A stretch of 64,000 nucleotides of DNA from the NCBI GenBank assembly GCA_019649675.1, contig BOWN01000002.1, forward strand, positions 239,704-303,703, written 5' to 3'. Position 1 is the first letter of the stretch. Every line of letters starts with the position of its first letter. The translations under genes were made by a program, and so were the position numbers. Shown piece after piece: positions 1 through 10,921 of the stretch. Source of the DNA: Cryomorphaceae bacterium (GTDB lineage: Bacteria > Bacteroidota > Bacteroidia > Flavobacteriales > UBA7430). Below the pieces are notes generated by a model. The model did not search any database, was not told the origin of the DNA, and saw only the letters and a list, made by a program, of their open reading frames with translations.

Positions 1-1339
1 TGCTTTCTTAATGGATTGTATAATTCTACCAGGCATCGCACCAATATAAGTTTTACGGTGACCTCTAATCTCAGACTCATCCCTTAATCCGCCTAAACTC
101 ATACGAACGTATTCGCGTCCTAAAGCTTCGGCAATTGATTTACCCAAAGAAGTTTTACCAACCCCTGGAGGTCCGAACAAACACAGTATTGGAGATTTCA
201 TATCACCTTTTAATTTCAATACTGCCAAATGCTCTATAATACGTTCTTTCACTTTTTCAAGACCATAGTGATCTTTGTCTAGTACATTCTCTGCACGTTT
301 TAAATCAAACTTATCTTTAGAATAATGATCCCAGGGTAATTCTAATACAGTTTCTAAATAATTACGTTGAATGGAATAATCTGGCACCTGAGGATTTAAA
401 CGCTGTAATTTCTTCAAGTCTTTTTCTACCTGAACAGCAACATCTTTAGACCATTTCTTATCACGCGCCCTTAAACGCATCTCTTCAACTTCTTCATGGT
501 GAGAGTTTCCGCCAAGTTCTTCCTGAATTTGCTTTAATTGTTGATTTAAAAATACTCTCGTTGTTGTTCATCTATGTCTACACGAACTTTATTTTGAATC
601 TCATTCTTCATTTGAATCATATTTATCTCATGATTCAAGTGAATTAAAGATGTCTTTGTTCGCTCTTCAAGATTGGGTTGCTCTAATAACTTTTGCTTTT
701 CCTTAACATCAATATTCATATTAGAAGCCACAAAGTTCACCAAAAAGAGTCGCTTTCAATATTTTTTATGGCAAAAGAAGCTTCAGAAGGAATATTAGGT
801 GAATCTTTTATAATCTGAAGTGCAACATCTTTTACACTTTCTACCAAAGCAGCAAATTCTTTATCCCCTTTAGATGGTTTGGTCTCATGAAATGAAGATA
901 CAACCGCCTTAAAATAGGGTTCTTCTTGAGTAAATTCCTGTATATCAAATCGTTTTTGACCTTGTATGATGACTGTCGTATTTCCATCAGGCATGCGAAA
1001 AACACGTAATATTTTAGCAACTGTTCCAGTAACATTCAAATCATCAACCTGAGGATCTTCAACTTGAGCATCTTTTTGTGCAACAACCCCAATAATTTTA
1101 CTACCATCATTGGCTTCTTTAATTAACTTAATAGATTTATCTCGCCCTACAGTTATTGGAATAACTACTCCAGGAAAAAGAACAGTATTTCTTAATGGTA
1201 AAATCGCCAATGTATTTGGCATTTCTTCTGCATTAAGGCGCTCTTCATCCTCCTCAGTCATTAAAGGGATTAACTCTGCTTCCTTATCTATAACGTTAGA
1301 AAGTGAAAGTTCATCCAATATCTTAATTTTAGTATCCAT
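1..1339 (-). CDS. lon: ATP-dependent Lon protease (N-terminal part; C-terminus lies beyond window start); frame broken twice in this assembly
   Basis: ORF 737..1339 carries the Lon N-terminal domain ('[24 protein letters not shown]'). ORF 546..743 continues it. The open frame running off position 1 translates to the Walker A region '[53 protein letters not shown]'. The junctions are repaired by adding one base to the A5 runs at 742-746 and 548-552. Confidence 0.88.
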
Positions 1340-1465
1340 AATTTTAAGTAGCGTGTTTGAATTTTCTGAAAATCTGTTCAGTTATTAATGGCAAGTGTTG
1401 TGCCAAAATTGAAAACTGACAAAGGTCTGACTTATTTTTATTAACGCCTAAAATCTTTAGACAAA

Positions 1466-2613
1466 TCAAATACTTTTGTCAGTATTTTTATCATTTTCAT
1501 CAAATACGACATTTCTTCTAGCCATTACTTTTTCTGAAACCTCAAATGCTTTTGGGATCATAAAAGTTGACTGCCCTGTGGTCCGCCCCAAGAAAAGGAC
1601 GGAATAAAATTACGCGGAAATCCTGTACCAAAAATATTCGAACATACACCTACAACGGTTCCAGTATTAAACATTGTATTTATGCCACATTTAGAATGAT
1701 CTGCCATTATCAAACCACAAAATTGTAATCCAGTATGCGCAAAACGACCCGATGCGTAATTCCATAAACGAACTTCAGCGTAATTATTTTTCAGATTAGA
1801 ATTATTAGAATCTGCTCCAATGTTACACCACTCACCTAGTACTGAGTTTCCAAGAAAACCGTCATGTCCCTTATTTGAATAACCAAAAATAACCACATTA
1901 TTTAGTTCTCCACCAACTTTAGAATTAGGGCCTACTGTGGTTGGCCCATAAATCTTTGCGCCTAATTTCGTTTGTGAAGCTTCACATAAAGCAAAAGGAC
2001 CTCTTATAATCGAGCCTTCCATTACCTCAGCGTCTTTCCCAATATATACGGGTCCATTAGAAGCATTAATAATTGCACAATTTAAAACTGCACCTTCCTC
2101 AATAAAAAGATTTTCTTCACCTAAAATATTGTTAGTAGCATTTGCTTTTTGAGATGTCCTACCTCGGGTAATTAATTCAAAATCGGCTTCCAACTCAATT
2201 GCATTTTTACTAAAAATATCCCATAAATTTTGAACATGGGTAAAAGCAACATCAGTATAGGATTTTTGACAATCAACAGAATCTTTAAAATTCCCTGAAC
2301 GGAAAGCAATAATATGCTCCTGTTCATCAAATAAACCCTCATTCATCTCAAGTGATAAAATGTCTTTTATAAGCGCATCATTCGGACAAACCGAAGCATT
2401 AATCCACAACTGATCTTCATTAATATCCGACGGATATTTACCCTGAAGATAGGTCTCCGTAACATAGCCACCAAACACTGCTTCATTAGGCATTCTTCTA
2501 GACCACTTTTCAGTAATGGTAAGTATTCCAATTCTAAATTCAGCAACTGGTCTTGTATAAGCTAAGGGTAATAGGTTAGCTCTATTTTCATCGTCAAATA
2601 AAAGATATCTCAT
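1466..2613 (-). CDS. GlmU-family putative sugar-nucleotidyltransferase with left-handed beta-helix (hexapeptide) C-domain; one frame break near 1560
   Basis: ORF 1558..2613 starts 'MRYLLFDDENRANLLPLAYTRPVAEFRIGILTI'. It continues with hexapeptide-like repeats ('GAKIYGPTTVGPNSKVGGELNNVVIFGYSNKGHDGFLGNSVLGEWCNIGADSN'). The last ~30 codons ('TFMIPKAFEVSEKVMARRNVVFDENDK...') continue in another frame to the TGA at 1466-1468. Confidence 0.6.
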
Positions 2614-2671
2614 AGTCTATATTGAATAAAAGCAAGATAGTATTTATTCATTTGCCAATTAAATAAATGGC

Positions 2672-2701
2672 AAAAAAAAGAGACTCTGAAAACAGAGCTC
2701 T
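2672..2701 (-). terminator. Intrinsic terminator downstream of rpmE
   Basis: On the minus strand there is a stem AGAGCTCTG / CAGAG(T)CTCT with a 4-nt loop, followed by a T8 run (A8 at 2672-2679 on the plus strand). It lies about 25 nt after the L31 stop. Confidence 0.55.
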
Positions 2702-2726
2702 TTATATGTTATAATTTTATGATTTT

Positions 2727-2978
2727 TTATTTAGAAAATTTAGCGTAACGATTCTTAAACTTGTCAATACGACCAGCAGTATCTACTAACTTCATCTTAC
2801 CAGTATAAAAAGGGTGAGATGTATTTGTAATTTCACGTTTTATTAATGGATACTCAGCACCATCAATTGTGATTGTTTCTTTAGTCTCCGCACATGATTT
2901 AGTAATGAAAGTATCGCCATTAGACATATCTTTCACTGCTACTAATCTGTAATTATCTGGGTGTATTCCGGTTTTCAT
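2727..2978 (-). CDS. rpmE: 50S ribosomal protein L31, type B (no CxxC zinc knuckle)
   Basis: The 83-aa ORF 'MKTGIHPDNYRLVAVKDMSNGDTF...SHPFYTGKMKLVDTAGRIDKFKNRY' shows the typical L31 signature. Only one Cys is present. Confidence 0.92.
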   Translation of the reverse strand: MKTGIHPDNYRLVAVKDMSNGDTFITKSCAETKETITIDGAEYPLIKREITNTSHPFYTGKMKLVDTAGRIDKFKNRYAKFSK

Positions 2979-3081
2979 CTTTAATGCTCTCTTTAATTTC
3001 GGAATGCAAATGTAATCATTTTCCTAAAAATCAACAATCCTAGCTCTTTTTTCAAAACAATTTTCCTTTCAATTCGTTTTA

Positions 3082-3089
3082 TATCTTTG
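3082..3089 (+). promoter_or_regulatory. Candidate Bacteroidetes -7 promoter box (TATCTTTG)
   Basis: The sequence matches TAnnTTTG. Its final G lies 19 nt before the ATG at 3108. Confidence 0.3.
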
Positions 3090-3107
3090 CTTTGTAAATA
3101 GATTACT

Positions 3108-4608
3108 ATGAAAAACTTTTTCCGAATATCTCTTTTCATCCTTATATACTATCTGCTTGCCGTAAACCAGAAACTTACTTTCAGGGAAATGCAAGCCTTC
3201 GTTTCTCAGTAGATACCCTCGTTTTTGATACTGTATTCACTACCATAGGAAGTATTACTAAAAGAATTAAAGTATTTAACGATTTAAATGAAGATTTACT
3301 AATTAATGAAATTAAACTTGCCGGTACTGGAAACTCACCATATCGACTAAATATTGATGGTTTACAAAGTGACATTGCAAATGATGTTATTCTTCGAGCA
3401 AACGACAGCCTCCATATTTTTGTTGAGACAACTATTGATCCGAATAATAGCAACGAACCACTTATTCATACCGATTCAATTACATTTATCACAAATGGAT
3501 ATCTTCAAGATGTAGATTTGGTAGCATGGGGACAAGATGCTAACTTTTATTACAGCAATGCTTATGTCGTTTTTGTTAATGATGATCCAGCAATTGAAAA
3601 TGACACGCTTTATTACTTCAGTATTTCCGAGCCAACCATATGGAATAATGAAAAGCCTCATGTTATATATGGTCTTGTCGTTATTGAAAATGGAGCCTCA
3701 CTTGAAATTATGGAAGGAACAGAGGTTTATTTACATCATAATTCAAATTTAGTGGTAGGGGAGCTATGGTATCGACCTAATGATGTTCCAATCAAGAGTA
3801 GTATTAAAGTATTAGGAAACAATACAAACAGAGTATTATTCACCTCAGACAGACTTGATGAATACTACAGAGACATACCAGGACAATGGGGTAGAATATG
3901 GTTAACAGCCAACAGTAGTGAAAACCTTATTCAAGGTGCAACAATAAAAATGGCACCATTGGCTTACATGTAGATACTGTAGCAAATAACAATGACCCAA
4001 CTCTAAGATTAGAAAATACAATTATTTCCAATCATAGCAGTTATGGAATACTAGCCTATTCTAGTAAAATTGAAGCATCCAACTGTCAAATTAACGATAA
4101 TGGCGCTCACGATGTTTTCTTGTTTGCTGGTGGCGACTATCGCTTTAGCCATTGTACTTTTGCAAATTACAGTACAATGCACCAAGCGCCATCAATACGT
4201 ATGAGTAATTATTATGAGGATGTTAATGGCAATGAACAATTGAGACCAATGGAACGAGCTGATTTTGAAAACTGTATTATTTATGGGAAAATTGAAAGCG
4301 AGATAGGTGTCGAAGAATCTGAGAATACAACTTTTAATTATAAATTCAATAACTGCCTAATTAAACTGATAGAATCAGATTACGATATTTCAAATACAAC
4401 GCATTTTTCTAACAACATCATCAATGAAAATCCAGAATTCATTCAAACCATGGATTTATTCGAGTATAATTATGAATTAGATACGTTATCAGCAGCTCAA
4501 AATTCAGCTGCATCTAACATAGCACTTCAATTCGAATATGATTTAAATGGGAACTATAGATTTACAGATGGGAGCCCTGATATTGGCGCCTACGAAAGAA
4601 TAGAATAA
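3108..4608 (+). CDS. Hypothetical lipoprotein, beta-helix-like; frame broken about 3 times
   Basis: The ATG at 3108 gives 'MKNFFRISLFILIY'. After a 1-nt shift near 3150 the frame reads '..LSACRKPETYFQGNASLRFSVDT...', a lipobox-like LSAC, and stays open to 3973 (track piece 3518..3973). The gene continues as 4120..4608. No specific family was recognised. Confidence 0.45.
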
Positions 4609-4619
4609 ACTTCTTCAGA

Positions 4620-5449
4620 TTAACCAAGAGCTACGTCAAGGACCATCATTATCACAAATCCTATAATGAAGCCAATTGTAGATGTATCGGTATATTGATC
4701 TTGTTGGGTCTCTGGAACAACTTCTTCAATAACAGACATAAATCATAGCTCCAGCTGCAAATGCTAATGCATAAGGTAAAATAGGTAGTGCATAAATCAC
4801 CATAACAGCTCCAATAACAGCAGCTACTGGCTCAACAACTGCTGAAAGTTGACCAAACCAGAAACTTCTGAATCTACTTACCCCCTGCCGACGCAATGGC
4901 ATTGACTACTGCAATCCCTTCCGGGAAATTTTGCAAACCAATACCCATTGCCAAAACAACAGCTCAGCAATATCTGCTCCAGGCATGCCTGAGCAACGCT
5001 CCAAACAAGACACCAACAGCTAATCCTTCAGGAATATTATGTAGTGTGATAGCCAAAACCAACAAAGTGGTTCTTTGCCAGTCCGTCTTCACACCTTCAG
5101 CCTGAGAACGATCAAAATTAATATGCAAATGAGGCATAAACTTATCAAGACCATAAAGAAAAAAGGCACCCATCAAAAACCCAACTGCGGCAGGAAACCA
5201 AACAGGTAAATTAGGAGCGACATTAGGAGTCATATCAATAGCTGGAGCTAAAAGAGACCAATATGAGGCAGCAATCATAACACCACCAGTAAAACCTAGC
5301 ATCCCATCTAAAAGTTGTCTGTTTAAAGCTTTAACAAAGAATACCATAGAAGCTCCTATTGCTGTTAAACCCCATGTAAATAAAGTAGCAAGTAAAGCAC
5401 CCAACACGGGGTCTATCCCTTTAAAAAAAGTAATAATTGATTCCATCAT
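4620..5449 (-). CDS. ZIP-family divalent metal (Zn/Mn/Fe) permease; frame broken at least twice in the C-terminal third
   Basis: ORF 4964..5458 contains '[19 protein letters not shown]', the HNxPEG ZIP signature. The C-terminal piece ends '...[17 protein letters not shown]' with its stop at 4620-4622. The ATG at 5449 overlaps the TGA of the upstream regulator as ATGA. Confidence 0.75.
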
Positions 5450-6117
5450 AATACACAAATTAATATATTTTGAGCTACCTCAAGACTAATATGAATAGGG
5501 GTACCATCTATTTTAACATCTATCGAATGATCAAAATCATTGACATCAACAATCTCTATATGAGTGCCTATAGACACCTGAATTTTGTCTAAATAATTTA
5601 AAAAACTAGGCTCATCTCGCTCAACAGTAACCACTTTTCCTTTAGTTTTCACCTTTAATAAATTCAATGGAATAGCTGTAGATTTTGGAAAAGAGCCTTT
5701 TTCATTAGGGATGGGATCACCATGGGGATCATAGCTTGGAAAATTCAAAAAAGCATCAAGACGATTAACCAAAGCTTTAGATTTAATGTGTTCCAATTGC
5801 TCTGCAATATCATGCACTTCATCCCATTTAAAATTAAGATGACTGACTAAAAAAACTTCCCACAACCTATGCTTTCGAATCACATGAACTGCTAATCTAT
5901 GACCTAAAGGAGTTAATGACACCCCCTGGTATTTGACATAGTTAATTAATTCCTTTTCTGAAAGCTTCTTAAGCATATCAGAAACAGAGGAAGGTTTTGT
6001 TTCCAATTCTTCTGCAATCGAATTTGTGGAAACACTATTCTTTTCTTTTTCAGACAATTTAAAAATCGTCTTTAAATAATTCTCTTCTGCTTTAGTAGAC
6101 ATCTTATTTTTTAACAA
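5446..6117 (-). CDS. DtxR/MntR-family metal-dependent transcriptional repressor with C-terminal FeoA/SH3-like domain
   Basis: The intact 223-aa ORF has a winged-helix N-domain ('EENYLKTIFKLSEK...SVSTNSIAEELETKPSSVSDMLKKL'). Its metal-binding/dimerisation core is 'HRLWEVFLVSHLNFKWDEVHDIAEQLEH'. The FeoA-like tail is 'KGKVVTVERDEPSFLNYLDK'. Confidence 0.85.
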   Translation of the reverse strand: MLKNKMSTKAEENYLKTIFKLSEKEKNSVSTNSIAEELETKPSSVSDMLKKLSEKELINYVKYQGVSLTPLGHRLAVHVIRKHRLWEVFLVSHLNFKWDEVHDIAEQLEHIKSKALVNRLDAFLNFPSYDPHGDPIPNEKGSFPKSTAIPLNLLKVKTKGKVVTVERDEPSFLNYLDKIQVSIGTHIEIVDVNDFDHSIDVKIDGTPIHISLEVAQNILICVL

Positions 6118-6149
6118 TTCAAAAATAATCTTTTAAATTAATTAATTAT

Positions 6150-6169
6150 AATTTAGATACATCTAAATT
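6150..6169. promoter_or_regulatory. Candidate operator: perfect inverted repeat AATTTAGAT-AC-ATCTAAATT
   Basis: This is a 9-2-9 perfect palindrome read directly from the sequence. It is centred within 1-2 nt of the midpoint between the divergent starts at 6117 (regulator) and 6200 (TonB-dependent receptor). The TTAG...CTAA arms resemble DtxR/IdeR-type boxes. Confidence 0.4.
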
Positions 6170-6199
6170 TATATTTAAATTTACCAAAACTTAATAAGA

Positions 6200-8410
6200 G
6201 TGCTAAAAATAAAACAAATACTTTTTTTAATAATTGGTGGGATTCAACTCATTCAAGCACAAAGTTTTATTGAAGGTAGTGTATCAGATCATAAAGGCAA
6301 AATACCTTTTGCCAATATTCAAATAAAAGACTTAAATATTGGAACAGCAGCTGATGCTAAAGGTCACTATAAAATTGAAGCCCCTGCGGGGAATTACAAT
6401 CTTGAAGTCACAGCAATGGGTTACCACAAATTCAAGAAAAAATAAAATTAACAGAAGGTGACACGATTTTTATTGACCCAGTTCTATCAAAAACTAGCTA
6501 TTCTATTGATCAAATAGTTGTTACAGGTACCTTAAAAGAATCTTTTGTAAAAGTTTCTCCTGTAAAAGTGGAAGTTATCTCTTCAGCATTTTTAAAAACA
6601 CCTACCAACAATTTCATGGAAATTATTGAAACTGTGAATGGGGTTCAAAAGCAAATTAATTGTGGAGTTTGTGGAACATCAGACATCACATTAATGGTAT
6701 GGAAGGACCTTATTCATTGATTCTAATTGATGGTATGCCTATCATGAGCTCTCTATCGACGGTTTATGGATTAAATGGAATTCCAACTTCACTTATAAAA
6801 CAAATAGAGATTATAAAAGGCCCAAGTTCTACCTTGTACGGAACAGAGGCTGTAGCTGGGGTAATTAACATCATCACCAAACGACCACAAGATATTTCTA
6901 AATTAGAATTTGATAGTTTCATAAGCTCTGATATGGAAAAGAATGCCGATTTCTCTTGGAGCCCAAAATGGGACAAAGGCAGACATGTTGTTAAGTGCAA
7001 ACTTGTTTCATATGGATCACTTCATGGATGATAATGGAGATGGGTTCTCCGATGAAGTATTAAGTGAACGTATCTCAGTATTTAATAAGTGGGCATTTCA
7101 CCGAAAAAGTCGACGCATATTTGGACTTTTCTGCAAAATATTATTTTGAAGATCGTTTTGGTGGCACAGAAAACTGGACCCCAGAGTAAAAGGAAGTGAC
7201 TCAATATATGGTGAGGTTATCAAAACAAACAGATGGGAACTCTCTTCACGCTATGAACTACCTTCTAGTCAAAACATAGTGTGGCAAAGTTCTTACAACT
7301 ATCACAATCAAGACAGTTATTATGGAAATTCTGAATACAAAGGAACTCAAAACCCCCTTTCAATCAATTATTATGGTATAAAGATCTTGGACTTCGTCAT
7401 CAATTTACCACAGGTATTGCATACAAGTTTAACAGCTACAACGACAATACCCCAGCAACTAAAGTAATAGACTTCACATATATTCCGGGACTCTTTATTC
7501 AAGACGAATTTGCACTGTCCGATAAATGGAAGTTCCTCAGTGGGTTTCGATGGGACAAAACACCAAGATCATGGAAATATATTTGCCCCACGCTTTAATC
7601 TAAAATGGACACCAAATATAAATACATCTTTTCGATGGAATGCAGGAACAGGCTTTAGAGTTGTAACATTTTCACTGAAGACCATGCAGCACTATCCGGT
7701 GCAAGAGATTTAGTTATTACTAATGAACTTCAACCTGAAGAATCCATTAATTTTAATTTCAACTTGCACCATTGGTTTCAAAAAATGAAAATTATACAAA
7801 TCTAGATTTAGACTTATTTTACACTCATTTTAGTAATAAAATTGTTCCTAACTACAATACTGATCCAACCAAAATAATCTACGATAATCTGGAAGGATAC
7901 TCCATATCAAAGGGTGCTTCTTTTCAAATTAACAAAAGTTTCTATATCCCATTAAATATTTCTTTAGGAGGAACTTACTTAGATGTATATACAATTAATG
8001 AAGGCGAAAAAAACATAGAACTCTTTACGCCTTCCTTTTCGGGAGTTTTCTCTATTGGATACGAATGGCCATTAAATAAAATAAAACTCGACTACACTGG
8101 TCGTATAATGGGGCCTATGCAACTTCCTACCTATGAAGAAGAATTTGCACGTGATGAAATTTCACCATGGTATACCTTACAACATTTGAAAGTAGAAAAA
8201 AGATTCACTAATAAAATAAGTGCTTATTTGGGTGTAAGGAACTTATTTAATTTCACTCAAGAAAGTCCTCTCGTAGACCCGGAAACTGGAAGTAATGCAG
8301 CTACAAATGAGTCTTGGCAAGCTGGCTTTAGCCCCAATTTTGATACTGCATATGTTTATGGCCCTACAAGAGGAAGAAGATATATCATTGGGGTAAGTTG
8401 GAAGTGGTAA
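6200..8410 (+). CDS. TonB-dependent outer-membrane receptor with N-terminal CarboxypepD_reg-like domain; frame broken at least 6 times
   Basis: Piece 6200..6445 holds the signal peptide plus 'GSVSDHKGKIPFANIQIKDLNIGTAADAKGHYKIEAPAGNYNLEVTAMGY'. The plug motif 'IIKGPSSTLYGTEAVAGVINIITK' lies in 6660..7031. Barrel pieces are 7279..7713 and 7772..8410, ending in the aromatic 'GVSWKW'. Confidence 0.8.
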
Positions 8411-8449
8411 ACCATCTGTATTATATAAACAAAAAGAAATTGATGAATT

Positions 8450-9636
8450 ATGTATCTTCACAACATGGAAACAAACAGTAAAATCGAAACATTTCTTAAT
8501 AAATTTAAAGATGCTTTCCTTAAGCATAATATCGTTAAACTCAGCTTGAGTAAAGTACACAAAGCAGAGAAAGATTTAAAAAACATTTACATTGTTCCCG
8601 TAAATATTAAAAATAAAAACAAACTATCCTTTACCTATAGATACAAAACCAAAAATCAAGTTAAGAACTACGACATTGAACAAGCATTAGAATCCCTCTT
8701 CGAGCTCATTGGCACTTCATTTTTACAAGCCCTTCTTAAAACTACATCTGAGTCTCACCAATTATTGATAAGTAAAAAAGGAAAATCTACACTAATTTCT
8801 TCAAAATCTAACAGCGATTTGCCTAGTAAGTCACACAACAAAGAAAAAAATTACCTAATAAAAAGTAAAAACAACAAGTATCTGCAAATGTTAGGCATAT
8901 GTGACAATAATGGAAGAGTAAAAGACAAACAACAAGACAAATACAAACAAATTAATAGATACGTAGAGTTGATGAGCTCATGGCTTATTAATTTAGACCC
9001 CTCTAAAACTCAGCATATTGTAGATATGGGCTCTGGAAAAGGATATCTAACTTTTGCTCTATACGATTACATTACAAATTCGCTGAAACAAAACATTAAA
9101 ATGACAGGGGTAGAATTAAGACCTCATCTGGTTTCTCTCTGTATGGAAATAAGCGATGCTTGTGATTTTAATAGATTGGAGTTTGTTTCAAAAGATATAA
9201 ACGATTTTAAATCAGATGAGATTGATGTACTTATTGCACTCCATGCGTGTGACACTGCTACTGATAGCGCTATTTTCAAAGGAATTAGATCTAATGCAAA
9301 CCTAATCGTATGCGCCCCATGCTGTCATAAACAAGTACGAAGAGATATGAAAGAGCCTTCAAAATTCAACTCAATAACCAAACACGGAATTTTCAAAGAA
9401 CGTCAGGCAGAGATGTTAACGGATACACTTAGAACTCTAATAATGGAAAAAGAGGGCTATAAAACAAAAGCGTTTGAATTCATTTCTAATGAACACACAA
9501 GGAAAAACATAATGTTGGTTGGAAAAAACAAACGATAAAATAGATGAAACCAACATCAATAAAGAGAATAGAATTCTTAAAAAATCTTTCCAAATTGAAC
9601 GACAAGAACTAGAGGAATTACTAAGTCAATCTTAAA
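8450..9636 (+). CDS. Class I SAM-dependent methyltransferase (Methyltransf_32-like); one frame break near 9525
   Basis: The SAM-binding motif is 'HIVDMGSGKGYLTFALYDY' and a later motif is 'LIALHACDTATDSAI'. After the A6 run near 9520 the frame continues '...NDKIDETNINKENRILKKSFQIERQELEELLSQS*' to the TAA at 9634-9636. Confidence 0.65.
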
Positions 9637-10205
9637 TATATCTCTCTACAGATCCAGCATCTGTAGCTGCATAATTAATTTGAGCTTGTGTAAGCTCTTC
9701 AACTCCCAATTAGATACTTGTTGTCTTTTGAAATTCTAAATCCTAAAACTAAGGCCGATAATTTTTTAGCTCCAATGCTTTCAAATCCTAATTTGGTGCC
9801 AAAATATTTAAGTCTACTACACTTTTTCATCAAAAGGATGAATTTTTTCAAATCCTTTAAATCATCTCTTACAGCAATACCAACTTTGATAATATTTTTA
9901 TTTGAAAAAATGGAAGCCAATTCAGAACTCATCTTTACCGATTTCAAACGTATGATATAAACTCTTTTATCGGTTGCAATCTGAAGAAGAGCTACAGAAT
10001 TCACAACACCCTTTTTAAAAGAAGGTTTGGTTTCAGTATCAATACCAATAATGGAACAATTTGCGATTTCTTTACAAGCTTCATTTAAAGCATGCTCTGT
10101 ATCAACAAGTATAATTTCTCCTTGATATCTCCCAAGATCGAGAGAACTTAAATCATCTTTAGAAATGACTTTTTTATATTTATCAAGTTTATCATTCATT
10201 GTCAA
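9633..10205 (-). CDS. 3'-5' exonuclease domain protein (DEDD/RNase D-like); one frame break near the C-terminus
   Basis: The exonuclease motif is 'IIGIDTETKPSFKKGVVNSVALLQIATDKRVYIIRL'. The C-terminal piece '...LTQAQINYAATDAGSVERYI*' is in another frame. The start overlaps the comB stop by 14 nt. Confidence 0.65.
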
Positions 10206-10920
10206 CTACTAAAACATCACCTTTCAATATTGGTATTTTATCAGTTTGATTAAGTTTCAAACAAAAATGAACGTCCGAGTCAATATTTAATTTTGATAAT
10301 CTTTTTCGGTGAGAAGAATTTTTCAAAAACGAAAATAAATCTGACTTTGCTGAATTCCAAATCACTACAGATGCTTGTGCTGCATCACATGAATTATCAT
10401 ATAAATTTGATGTAATTAACAAATCAACCAAGGCTCCAGCAAAAAGTGTATCTTCAAGATTAAATAGACCCTTCCATCCAGCACAGAAAAGAATAACATC
10501 TCGATCTTGTTTAATCAACCAATTAGCTATAGCATCTAAATTTAAGAATGAACCAACCACAACATCATGATCTTTTTTAGCAATGTTTATACATTTTGTT
10601 CCATTAGTTGTTGTCATAACTACTGACCTTCCCTTAACATCCATATCGAGATACACTTGAGGTGAGTTACCAAAATCAAAACTATTTACAGGCTTACCAT
10701 TTCGCTCTGCTGCTAAAATATAATTTCTATCATCATTACGATATTCTAATGCTTCTTCTACTGTACTAACTGGGATTAATTTTTCCACACCTTTTTCAAA
10801 AGCAATACACATAGAAGACGTAGCTCTTAACACATCTATTACTACTACTATACTCTTATTATCAGAATAAAGACTAAAGAGTTCAGGTGTCATACAAACT
10901 TGGATATTTCTTTTCGCCAT
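10192..10920 (-). CDS. comB: 2-phosphosulfolactate phosphatase family protein (ComB-like)
   Basis: The intact 242-aa ORF carries the family signature 'VVVIDVLRATSSMCIAFEKG...ILAAERNGKPVNSFDFGNSPQ'. Confidence 0.75.
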   Translation of the reverse strand: MAKRNIQVCMTPELFSLYSDNKSIVVVIDVLRATSSMCIAFEKGVEKLIPVSTVEEALEYRNDDRNYILAAERNGKPVNSFDFGNSPQVYLDMDVKGRSVVMTTTNGTKCINIAKKDHDVVVGSFLNLDAIANWLIKQDRDVILFCAGWKGLFNLEDTLFAGALVDLLITSNLYDNSCDAAQASVVIWNSAKSDLFSFLKNSSHRKRLSKLNIDSDVHFCLKLNQTDKIPILKGDVLVVDNE

Positions 10921-10921
10921 A

